The translations under genes and the position numbers were made by a program. Below the pieces are notes generated by a model. It worked only from the letters and a program-made list of their open reading frames with translations, had not been told where the DNA came from and made no database searches. Of a stretch of 64,000 nt of DNA, positions 1 through 8,376 are shown piece after piece. How positions within the stretch are numbered: position 1 is the stretch's first letter; each line of letters begins with the position of its first letter. The stretch is from a bacterium (GTDB lineage Bacteria; Electryoneota; JAOADG01): contig OY820579.1 of assembly GCA_963681965.1 (NCBI GenBank), positions 1,024,001 through 1,088,000 of the forward strand. Reading direction: 5' to 3'.

Positions 1-265
1 CGCCAATAGCAAGATTGATTAAAGAAATACCCTCAGTGGTGATGTTTTCGGCAAAATTGCCGGGTTCGACCTGCGCTCCCTTTGCCTGCATCGATCGGAT
101 ACTCTCAATTGCAAGTAAACTAATTTGACGATGTCCCGAGCCGGCATGCGCATCTCCGATAATTCCAAAGTCGGATATCAATTCAGCTTGAGCGACATTC
201 GATTTCGGAATGCCTTTTACTTGGCTTATCGAGATTGCAACCACTGTACCGGATTGTCGTGTCAT
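1..265 (-). CDS. MOSC domain-containing protein (partial, runs off the window start)
   Basis: Not in the ORF track. Manual translation from the ATG at 265 gives MTRQSGTVVAISISQVKGIPK...GIIGDAHAGSGHRQISLLAIESI...PGNFAENITTEG, with typical MOSC motifs (GDAHAG, RQ(I/V)SLL, FAENIT). Starts 2 nt after the moeA stop. Confidence 0.85.
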   Translation of the reverse strand, partial: MTRQSGTVVAISISQVKGIPKSNVAQAELISDFGIIGDAHAGSGHRQISLLAIESIRSMQAKGAQVEPGNFAENITTEGISLINLAIG

Positions 266-267
266 GG

Positions 268-1482
268 TCAAACTCTCAAAGGAATCGTCTTGACGACTGT
301 TCCTTCCGATATGACAGTCACATCGGAAGGAATTCTCAATAGCGCATTTGCTTTCGATAACGTTGATATCATGTGCGATTCTTGTCCATCCAACGTACGA
401 GCGATAACACCGGTTTCGGTAAATTCAAGTAGACCGCGGACAAACTCTTCGCGACCGGCTTTTTTTGAGTAACTATTGGCAATTCGTGCGGGTATCAAGG
501 AGTGTTCGGGATCAACTTCGCCGAGTAGTTTCCGGAGGGCGATACTAATGAATAGTTGTGCCGAAACCAGCGCTGAAACCGGGTTTCCGGGTAATCCAAA
601 AACAAGACAACGGGATTCGTTCGATCGAGAAAAAGTACCGAAGTAATTAGGCTTGCCCGGTTTCATTGCAACTTTCCAGTAATGCTCACGGATTCCATTT
701 TGTGTGAAAGCGCGTCTCATAAAATCCAAATCGCCGACTGAAATACCACCGACTGTGATCAAAATATCGGATTGAATAAGTGCGTCAGAAATTGTTTGGG
801 ATATTAAGGCAAGATCGTCGGGAACATGTTGTACGATGATATCCTCACAAGGAAACTGTTGCAGCCAAGTGGTTAGTCCGGTTTGATTCGAATCGTAAAT
901 TTTTCCGTCTTGTAGTTCTTGACCGGGAGAAAGCAATTCATAACCGCTAATTAGAATCGATATTCTAGGTTTCCGGTAAATCGGCACTTGATCGTAACCG
1001 AAAGCGGCAATCATCGCGGCAACAGATGGCGTGATCGTAGTTCCGGTAATGAATATTTCGGTTCCAGTTGTTACTTCTTCACCGCGATATCGAATATTCT
1101 CACCCTGAGAAATGGGTTGCGAAAATGTGACCGAAGCGATCTCTTCCTGCACATATTCTCTCATCACAACGGCATCGGCGCCTGCTGGTATTACCGCGCC
1201 TGTGAAGATCTTGCGACAGGTTCCGGGTAAGAGCGGCGTACTTGGTCGATCTCCAGCTGCAATCGTATCAGCGAGTGGAAATTGGATCGGTAGATTTTTC
1301 AGATCATCGCAGCAAACACAGAATCCATCTACCGCTGAGTTGTCGAAGCGGGGTAAATCGAATCGTGCAGTCACCGGTTTCGCGAGGTGACAACCGATAC
1401 TTTCTTGCAGTTTCAGAGTAACAACTGGAAGTGAGTTGGATTCCGATTTGATGATCTGAATCGCTTCGTCGAAAGTAATCAT
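268..1482 (-). CDS. moeA: Molybdopterin molybdotransferase MoeA (gephyrin-like)
   Basis: Motifs PRFDNSAVDGF, IFTGAVIPAGADAVVMRE, GGISVGDLD, MKPGKP and GLPGNPVSA. Confidence 0.95.
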   Translation of the reverse strand: MITFDEAIQIIKSESNSLPVVTLKLQESIGCHLAKPVTARFDLPRFDNSAVDGFCVCCDDLKNLPIQFPLADTIAAGDRPSTPLLPGTCRKIFTGAVIPAGADAVVMREYVQEEIASVTFSQPISQGENIRYRGEEVTTGTEIFITGTTITPSVAAMIAAFGYDQVPIYRKPRISILISGYELLSPGQELQDGKIYDSNQTGLTTWLQQFPCEDIIVQHVPDDLALISQTISDALIQSDILITVGGISVGDLDFMRRAFTQNGIREHYWKVAMKPGKPNYFGTFSRSNESRCLVFGLPGNPVSALVSAQLFISIALRKLLGEVDPEHSLIPARIANSYSKKAGREEFVRGLLEFTETGVIARTLDGQESHMISTLSKANALLRIPSDVTVISEGTVVKTIPLRV

Positions 1483-2408
1483 TTCGCCGTCTCGGTATTG
1501 TCGTGACGTCCGCCTTCGAGCATCGCAAAACTGTGATGAAGACCGGGAAAAAGCGCATCCAGCGATTCCGCAACACCCCGTTTCGAACCGGGCAGATTAA
1601 TGATGATCGTATTTCCGCGGATTCCTGCTTTGCCGCGCGACAGCATCGCATACGGCGTACGATCCTGACCATATTGCCGAAGAATCTCCGGAATACCTGG
1701 TATCTCGCGTTCAATCACTTTTTCAGTGGCTTCGGGGGTATTGTCGCGGAAACTAAAACCGGTTCCACCTGTTGAGACGACAAGATCCAAATGATTGTTG
1801 TCGGCATATTGCGATAGCAATGCTACAATTGTCTCAGGATCGTCGGGAATAATCTTGTATTCGAAGATCTCGAATGCTTCGGCTTCCAGTCGGTCGACGA
1901 TCATTTTACCGGATTGATCGTCTTTCTTCCCAGAGGCAATAGAATCGGACATAACAACCACAGCAGCCCGCAATTTTCGTGGATGTTTCGTTCGGTAGTC
2001 CGATTTTCCACCACGCTTCTCGACCAGTCGAATGGCTTCGATTTCCATCGCTTCATCGATCATTTTAAGCATGTCGTAAATTGTCAGTGCCGCGACAGAC
2101 GCACCAGTCAGCGCATCCATCTCGACACCGGTATGATAAACCGATTTCACGAAGACCGTGATCGTAATCCGATCGGTACCTATTTCAAATGATACATTGA
2201 TATGATCGATCGGTACCGAATGACAGTAGGGAATAAGCGTACTGGTGTGTTTAACGCCTAGCGTTGCGGCTACTTTGGCTACCGCCAGTGGATCGCCTTT
2301 GGGAATATCGCCAGCTTGAACTCGTTTGATCGTATCCGGTTTCATCCGAACGATTGCTTGTGCGGTTGCGCTGCGGAGCGAATTCCATTTTTTCGAGACA
2401 TCGATCAT
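1479..2408 (-). CDS. moaC: Bifunctional MoaC / MogA-MoaB molybdenum cofactor biosynthesis protein
   Basis: N-terminal MoaC domain (KGDPL, LIPYCH, TGVEMDAL, TIYDMLK, KRGGKS) fused to a MogA/MoaB domain (DDQSG, TGGTG...RDNTPEA, NLPGS). Confidence 0.92.
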   Translation of the reverse strand: MIDVSKKWNSLRSATAQAIVRMKPDTIKRVQAGDIPKGDPLAVAKVAATLGVKHTSTLIPYCHSVPIDHINVSFEIGTDRITITVFVKSVYHTGVEMDALTGASVAALTIYDMLKMIDEAMEIEAIRLVEKRGGKSDYRTKHPRKLRAAVVVMSDSIASGKKDDQSGKMIVDRLEAEAFEIFEYKIIPDDPETIVALLSQYADNNHLDLVVSTGGTGFSFRDNTPEATEKVIEREIPGIPEILRQYGQDRTPYAMLSRGKAGIRGNTIIINLPGSKRGVAESLDALFPGLHHSFAMLEGGRHDNTETAK

Positions 2409-2429
2409 AACATATCCTGTTTGCGGTTG

Positions 2430-3413
2430 TTAGCCACCGATTGCGGTCATACAATGCGGAATATCGCCGGTAACGATCATTCCAAGCTCCGACGACTCCG
2501 GTTTTGATTGTAAAGATTCCGAGATTGCTTCGATAATTTGTCGATCATTACGACCATTGCGCAATAGTGACCGTAAATCGAGACTTGGAGAACGAAATAG
2601 ACAAGTTTTCAAATGCCCGTCGGCGGTGATTCGCAGTCGATTGCAAAACCGGCAGAATGAGTGCGAAACCGGAGCGATGAAATGAATTGAACCGGCGTAT
2701 CCTGAAATCGTGTAATCAGCTCCCGTTGTTGTTTGTGACGGATTGGTGGGTAGTGGTAATAGGGTATACTGACGTGCAATTCGCGAAATCATTTCGTCGG
2801 CAGTAACGACATTTTCTTGCTGCCAACGGTTTCCAGTAAACGGCATAAACTCGATAAATCGCAGTGCGATCGGTCGATTTTTTATCAATTCGACAAAAGC
2901 GTTTAATTCATCGTCGTTGAAACCACGAATGACAACAACATTCAATTTGACCGCTTGGAATCCGGTTGCGATACTCTCATCGATCGCGGCGAGAACCGTA
3001 TGCAAATCGTCGCTACCAGTTAGCGCAAGGAAACGCTCTCGTTGAAGCGAATCTAGACTGATATTCAGGTGAGTGATACCTGCCGAATGTAGGATTGCGA
3101 CTTGATTGCGCAGTAACACCCCATTCGTGGTAAGTGCCAATGCTTTCAGGGTTGTGTTGTTGGCAAGACGTTCGATCAACCAAATCAGGTTTTTGCGGAC
3201 AAGTGGTTCGCCACCGGTTAGCCGGATTTTATCAATTCCATTTGCAATCAAGATCGTCGCGATCCGGTCAATTTCTTCCAAGGTCAGAATATTTTCACGC
3301 GGCATTAAATCCCGACCGGATGCAGGCATACAATAAGTGCATCGCAAATTGCAGCGATCCGTCACGGAGATGCGCAAATAGTTGTGAGTTCGGTGGAAAT
3401 TGTCGATTAACAT
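2430..3413 (-). CDS. moaA: GTP 3',8-cyclase MoaA (radical SAM)
   Basis: YLRISVTDRCNLRCTYCM (CxxxCxxC), RLTGGEPL, C-terminal FCxxCNRLR...C cluster and terminal IGG. Confidence 0.96.
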   Translation of the reverse strand: MLIDNFHRTHNYLRISVTDRCNLRCTYCMPASGRDLMPRENILTLEEIDRIATILIANGIDKIRLTGGEPLVRKNLIWLIERLANNTTLKALALTTNGVLLRNQVAILHSAGITHLNISLDSLQRERFLALTGSDDLHTVLAAIDESIATGFQAVKLNVVVIRGFNDDELNAFVELIKNRPIALRFIEFMPFTGNRWQQENVVTADEMISRIARQYTLLPLPTNPSQTTTGADYTISGYAGSIHFIAPVSHSFCRFCNRLRITADGHLKTCLFRSPSLDLRSLLRNGRNDRQIIEAISESLQSKPESSELGMIVTGDIPHCMTAIGG

Positions 3414-3585
3414 TCGATTACTTTCGATCGGTCAAAATCGTTGCCTTTATTGATAATACGAAGAAATTTTCGGATATAGAATTCGATTCCTGTTGAAATC
3501 GCCATTGAATTTGTCAAATCTCAGCGGAATTAAGCTGATTGCCGTGATTTTTCATATTATATTCGGATGAATCGGTTCGATAACA

Positions 3586-4647
3586 GTGAAAGAAATCGCT
3601 AGAGGTGAGAGTTTGTTCGATAAAGTAAGAGACGCATTGCAGACTGGAAAAGTGGTTCGATTTGCCACGATTGTCGCGACTTCAGGATCAACTCCGGCGC
3701 CACAACAATCGCGGATGGCAATCATCTTCGACGATGGATTGAAAGTGTACGGTACCGTCGGTGGTGGTTGCCTCGATGGTGGTATTCTCGGAAGTCTCGG
3801 TGCAGAATCAGATCATCCGCAAGTGACGATTGCGACCTATTATCTAAATGACGATGAAGGTGAATCCGGATTGATGTGCGGCGGTTCGGTCCTAGTGATG
3901 CAAGAGACACCGGTGTCCGGTATGCTGCCATTGTACGAGCAGATCTGCGAAGCGCTTCTTAGTAATACTCCCACACTCCTTTTGACGTACTGGAATCAAC
4001 ACGACCAATACCGTAAAACTCTTCTGGAATTGGATGGATCGATCCGGGGTGGAGATCCAATTGTTAACGAGCTTCAATCGGAATTAACGAAAGCACGTGA
4101 AAGTTGTATCGCCTCCCGTAAAACGATCGTTCAGGAAAGTAGTGAGTGGAAACTTGTATTGGAATTTCTTGATCCCCAACCGAGATTAATTGTTTTCGGT
4201 GGAGGGCATGTCGGAAAAGTCACGACGCAATGCGCGGCATTGGCTGGATTTCGGGTGACAATCGCTGACGATCGGATCTCATTTGCGAATCGCGATCGAT
4301 TTCCCGAAGCCGAAGAAGTCGTCTGTGACGATTTCAGTACGATCGTCGATCGAATGCGCATCGATCAGCACAGCTATATCGTGATCGTTACACGTGGACA
4401 CCGCCACGATGAATTGATACTGGAACAGGTAATAACGCGATCGCCACGATACATTGGAATGATTGGAAGTAAACGGAAGATCTTACTTACTTATGAACAT
4501 CTGAAAGCACGTGGAATTTCCGAATCAGATCTTCAAAAAGTGCACGCACCGATCGGAATGAAAATCAACGCACAATCGCCAGGCGAGATCGGTGTCGCAA
4601 TTGTTGCCGAATTGATTGCTGTTTGGCGCGGTGCATTAGATCATTGA
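3586..4647 (+). CDS. xdhC: XdhC/CoxI family Moco sulfuration/insertion chaperone
   Basis: GSTP, GTVGGGC, CGG, FGGGHVG, TRGHRHD, YIGMIGS and APIG...EI motifs. Confidence 0.9.
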   Translation: MKEIARGESLFDKVRDALQTGKVVRFATIVATSGSTPAPQQSRMAIIFDDGLKVYGTVGGGCLDGGILGSLGAESDHPQVTIATYYLNDDEGESGLMCGGSVLVMQETPVSGMLPLYEQICEALLSNTPTLLLTYWNQHDQYRKTLLELDGSIRGGDPIVNELQSELTKARESCIASRKTIVQESSEWKLVLEFLDPQPRLIVFGGGHVGKVTTQCAALAGFRVTIADDRISFANRDRFPEAEEVVCDDFSTIVDRMRIDQHSYIVIVTRGHRHDELILEQVITRSPRYIGMIGSKRKILLTYEHLKARGISESDLQKVHAPIGMKINAQSPGEIGVAIVAELIAVWRGALDH

Positions 4648-5226
4648 AGAAGTTAATCGGTCGAGAGTATCGCGATCGTTAATATTTAAAAGGATCCCCG
4701 GATCGTTCACTTCTATCGGTAAAGTATCGACTCTCGAATTCCGCAATGCAAGATCCAATCTTCCCGCATCCAGCAAGAGTGTTTGAAAGATCGGTGTGGG
4801 GATGATGATCGGGTGACCGGATCGACCTTGATAGACCGGTTTGATCATTTGCTTCGGATTTGATCGTGCAAGTTCGATCAACTTACTGTAAGTCGTTTCT
4901 TGGATGGCAGGATAATCGACCGGGTTGATCAACACACCGCTACAGTCGCTGAATGAATTGCGACCGAGCAATACCGATGAATACATTCCGCGTTCGGGAT
5001 GGGTATTCACGATAATTGTATCCTCAAGGCACCGGTCTTGTGCCCACTGAAAATACTCCTCGGAAACAATAACGCTCATCCGATCGATCCCCGCAGCGCG
5101 AAGTTTCGATCGAATGAGCGTTAAGAAATCAATACCGTTGATCGTCAATGCCAGTTTCGGTGTACCGATTCGTGTTCCGCTTCCGGCGGCTAGAATCAGC
5201 GCTCCGATGCTGGATCGACCACTCAC
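4636..5226 (-). CDS. mocA: Molybdenum cofactor cytidylyltransferase (MocA/YgfJ-like nucleotidyltransferase)
   Basis: ILAAGSGTRIGTPKL, GMYSS, VDYP, GHP and NIND motifs; located in a xanthine dehydrogenase context. Confidence 0.8.
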   Translation of the reverse strand: MSGRSSIGALILAAGSGTRIGTPKLALTINGIDFLTLIRSKLRAAGIDRMSVIVSEEYFQWAQDRCLEDTIIVNTHPERGMYSSVLLGRNSFSDCSGVLINPVDYPAIQETTYSKLIELARSNPKQMIKPVYQGRSGHPIIIPTPIFQTLLLDAGRLDLALRNSRVDTLPIEVNDPGILLNINDRDTLDRLTSSMI

Positions 5227-6680
5227 GATAAATTTACTTCGGCGTTGAATGCTGCGATATCGGCATCAACAGCCGTTACCGCATTGACGATACGTTCACG
5301 CCAATACTCCTGATGCCACTGCTCGTTCAATTCTTCAGACGTCTTACCCTGCTGTTCGATCCAAGTGTAATACTTCAAATTGTGAATAGCTTTTCGGTCG
5401 TAGTAAGATAGCTCTTTGAAGAAATCGATCCGCTGATGCAATAATGATGCGGCATGATCCTGTGCTGCCGCGACGGGTGTATAGCTTCCGAGTTCGGTTG
5501 TCAGTTCCGGCAGGCGCGAGCGATACATATCGGCAGAATCGGTAAAAACCGTGAAGATGAAATCGTTTTCATCCATTTCGTAATAGCGTGCCGTCTTGAT
5601 TGCTGCAAGCAGATTGCAGATACTGGAAATTCCCAGCAACGACAAGCGATCCAACGAAGAATCGTCAATTCCAAGTTTTGTCAGATAGGGTTTCGCAACA
5701 GGTTCGTTGAAGAGGCGCAGAATTCGCATGCAATCTTCATCGTCGATGGCAGCGATACCGTCGGTATTTCTGACATTGTGAACCCACGGAATATGCTTGT
5801 CGCCGATTCCTTCGATCCGATGACCACCAAAGCCGTTCATCAATAACGTTGGACATTGCAAAGCTTCGGTCGCGATAATTTTGACATCGCCGAATTGATG
5901 TTTCAGATAGTCGCCGGCAGCGATCGTCCCTGCAGAACCCGTTGCCGAGATGTATGCCGCCAGTCGCGAACGATCCGCACTCAGGGTTCGGTACACTTCG
6001 TCGATTGCCGGACCTGTGACGTTATAATGAAACATCGGATTGCCGAATTCGGCAAATTGATTGAAGATCACGTATTGCGGATCGTCTTTCAATTCGTTGC
6101 ACTTGTCGTAAATCTCTTTCACATTCGATTCACAACCGGGCGTAGCGATGACTTCGGCACCGATTTCGTGCAGCCACTCGAACCGTTCGCGTGACATTTC
6201 CTGCGGAAGAATCGCAATCGGTTGACAACCAAGAAGCGCACAATCGAATGCGCCGCCGCGACAGTAATTACCAGTCGATGGCCAAACGGCTTTCTGATGT
6301 TCCGGATCGAATTCACCGGATACTAACCGTGGCACTAGACAGCCAAATGCCGCACCGACCTTATGTGCGCCGGTTGGAAAATACTTTCCGACGATCCCGA
6401 CAATGCGAGCACGAACGCCGGAGATCGATGACGGAATTTCGACGTAATTGACTTTTCCGAATCGACCGGTCGACAAATCGTTTTTCCAACTGATCCGAAA
6501 TAAATTTAAGGGATTGATATCCCACAAACCCAAACCGGGCAGCTTCGATTGAATCGATTCCGGAATTGTTTCCGGGTGTCGCATCTGATTGAATGTCGGG
6601 ATGACGATTTTACGCTCACGGCACCGTTTAATTGTGCGCTGCCGGACTTCTTGACGATTTTTTTCTGATTGATTTGACAT
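5223..6680 (-). CDS. PLP-dependent fold-type II enzyme (cysteine synthase-like, long form)
   Basis: PLP lysine in PTGAHKVG, plus PSTGN, SATGSAGT and HRIEGIG. Start trimmed to the ATG at 6680 (MSNQ), just after the ygeW stop. Confidence 0.8.
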   Translation of the reverse strand: MSNQSEKNRQEVRQRTIKRCRERKIVIPTFNQMRHPETIPESIQSKLPGLGLWDINPLNLFRISWKNDLSTGRFGKVNYVEIPSSISGVRARIVGIVGKYFPTGAHKVGAAFGCLVPRLVSGEFDPEHQKAVWPSTGNYCRGGAFDCALLGCQPIAILPQEMSRERFEWLHEIGAEVIATPGCESNVKEIYDKCNELKDDPQYVIFNQFAEFGNPMFHYNVTGPAIDEVYRTLSADRSRLAAYISATGSAGTIAAGDYLKHQFGDVKIIATEALQCPTLLMNGFGGHRIEGIGDKHIPWVHNVRNTDGIAAIDDEDCMRILRLFNEPVAKPYLTKLGIDDSSLDRLSLLGISSICNLLAAIKTARYYEMDENDFIFTVFTDSADMYRSRLPELTTELGSYTPVAAAQDHAASLLHQRIDFFKELSYYDRKAIHNLKYYTWIEQQGKTSEELNEQWHQEYWRERIVNAVTAVDADIAAFNAEVNLS

Positions 6681-6693
6681 TTTTTTATCTCGA

Positions 6694-7878
6694 TCAACGT
6701 TGATGGTTGCGTTGGATGATCTGGTCGATCGCTGCAACCGGATTGGCTTTACGGGTCAGGAAAATCATGGCGGCAATTACGAACGGTTTGAATCCAGCTT
6801 CGCGATAGGTATCGAACTTGTAGCGATCAAACACCGTTTGCGCAACTTCGCCATGTTCGCAACTGACTCCGGAAATGTCCGCGGGGAGGCAATGCATATA
6901 CAACGCTTTCCTATTTTTCGTGGCAGCCATTTTCGATTCGTCGCATTCCCACGACTGGTATTTGGCATTGTTCGCGAGACACTCTTTTTCCAATTCTTTC
7001 AATCCCTGTTGGTCGCGATTCTTCAATAATTCGGTGCGACGAACCATCACTTGGAACGGTGCCCACGATTTTGGATAGACAACATCGGCACCTTCGAAAG
7101 CCGCTTCCATCCGATCAGCGACGGTGAACGATCCACCGGATGTGGTGGCATTCTTTTTAGCGATGTCGACAATTTCCGGCAACAGATCGTAACCGGTGGG
7201 ATAAGCCAGTGTCACATCGGCACCATAGCGCGATAGCAGTGAAATGATTCCTTGGGGAACCGACAACGGTTTTCCGTAGCTGGGCGAGTAAGCCCAAGTC
7301 ATGGCGATTTTCTTGCCCCGAAGCGCTTCCAGCGATCCGAAATATGATTTCAGGTGCAGTAAATCGGCAAGCGATTGTGTTGGGTGATCGTAATCGCATT
7401 GCAGATTTACAATGCTTGGTCGTTGCGGTAATACGCCGTTTTCGAACCCTTCCTGAACTGCGGCGCTCACTTCGCGCATGTAACGATTTCCCTCGCCAAG
7501 GTACATATCGTCGCGGATACCGATCGTTTCCGTCAGAAATGAAATCATATTGGCGGTTTCGCGAACCGTCTCGCCATGGGCGATTTGCGATTTGACTTCG
7601 TCTAAATCGGAGAGTCCCAATCCCAGTAAATTTACCGCAGATGCAAAACTGAAACGGGTGCGCGTCGAATTGTCGCGGAAAATTGAGATCCCGAGTCCAG
7701 TATCGAATACTCGCGCCGATACACCGGTTCGATGCAGTTCTTTCAAGATTTCCGCACACAACATGACTGCTTCGAGTTCCTGATCGGTTTGTTCCCATGT
7801 CAATAGGAAATCGCGATTGTAAAACGACTGTTTCAATTCCCGTAAGCGATTTACTTTAGTTTCAAGATTAGTGGTCAT
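6694..7878 (-). CDS. ygeW: Knotted carbamoyltransferase YgeW
   Basis: FRDNSTRTRFSFASA, KSQIAHGET, DHPTQS, WAYSPSYGKPLSVPQG and YMHCLPADI match the YgeW signature. Confidence 0.93.
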   Translation of the reverse strand: MTTNLETKVNRLRELKQSFYNRDFLLTWEQTDQELEAVMLCAEILKELHRTGVSARVFDTGLGISIFRDNSTRTRFSFASAVNLLGLGLSDLDEVKSQIAHGETVRETANMISFLTETIGIRDDMYLGEGNRYMREVSAAVQEGFENGVLPQRPSIVNLQCDYDHPTQSLADLLHLKSYFGSLEALRGKKIAMTWAYSPSYGKPLSVPQGIISLLSRYGADVTLAYPTGYDLLPEIVDIAKKNATTSGGSFTVADRMEAAFEGADVVYPKSWAPFQVMVRRTELLKNRDQQGLKELEKECLANNAKYQSWECDESKMAATKNRKALYMHCLPADISGVSCEHGEVAQTVFDRYKFDTYREAGFKPFVIAAMIFLTRKANPVAAIDQIIQRNHQR

Positions 7879-7896
7879 ACACTATTCTCCATTAGG

Positions 7897-8376
7897 TTAT
7901 TTAATTAGATCGTTTGTTTGATAAAATGGTGATGCCGCTTCGATTGCATCGACAATCTGTTGATAGCCGGTACAACGGCAGAGATTTGCCGAAATGGCTT
8001 TCCGGATTTCCGGTCGCGTCGGTTGCGGGTGCTCGGACAAAAATGCGTGGGCAGTCAGCACCATTCCGGGGATGCAGTATCCGCATTGGATCGCTCCCGC
8101 TTGGATAAATGCTGTCTGCAGGGGATGGAGAGCACCATCTTCACGAGTCATTCCTTCGATAGTGAGCACCGATTTGTCAACGATGTCGCGAACTTTGAGG
8201 ATACATGCCTTCTTCGGTTTACCGTCGATCAAGATGGTGCAGGTACCGCAGAACCCTTCGCCGCATCCGTTTTTCGTGCCAGTTAATCTGAGTTCTTCGC
8301 GAAGAAATTCGAGCAGTGACTGGTCTAGTTGCGCTTCATTTAACAAGATCGACTGGCGATTAATCTGCGTGAACAT
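7897..8376 (-). CDS. Molybdenum hydroxylase small (2x[2Fe-2S]) subunit, CoxS-like
   Basis: TGTKNGCGEGFCGTC, QCGYCIPG and NLCRCTGY motifs. Confidence 0.92.
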   Translation of the reverse strand: MFTQINRQSILLNEAQLDQSLLEFLREELRLTGTKNGCGEGFCGTCTILIDGKPKKACILKVRDIVDKSVLTIEGMTREDGALHPLQTAFIQAGAIQCGYCIPGMVLTAHAFLSEHPQPTRPEIRKAISANLCRCTGYQQIVDAIEAASPFYQTNDLIK

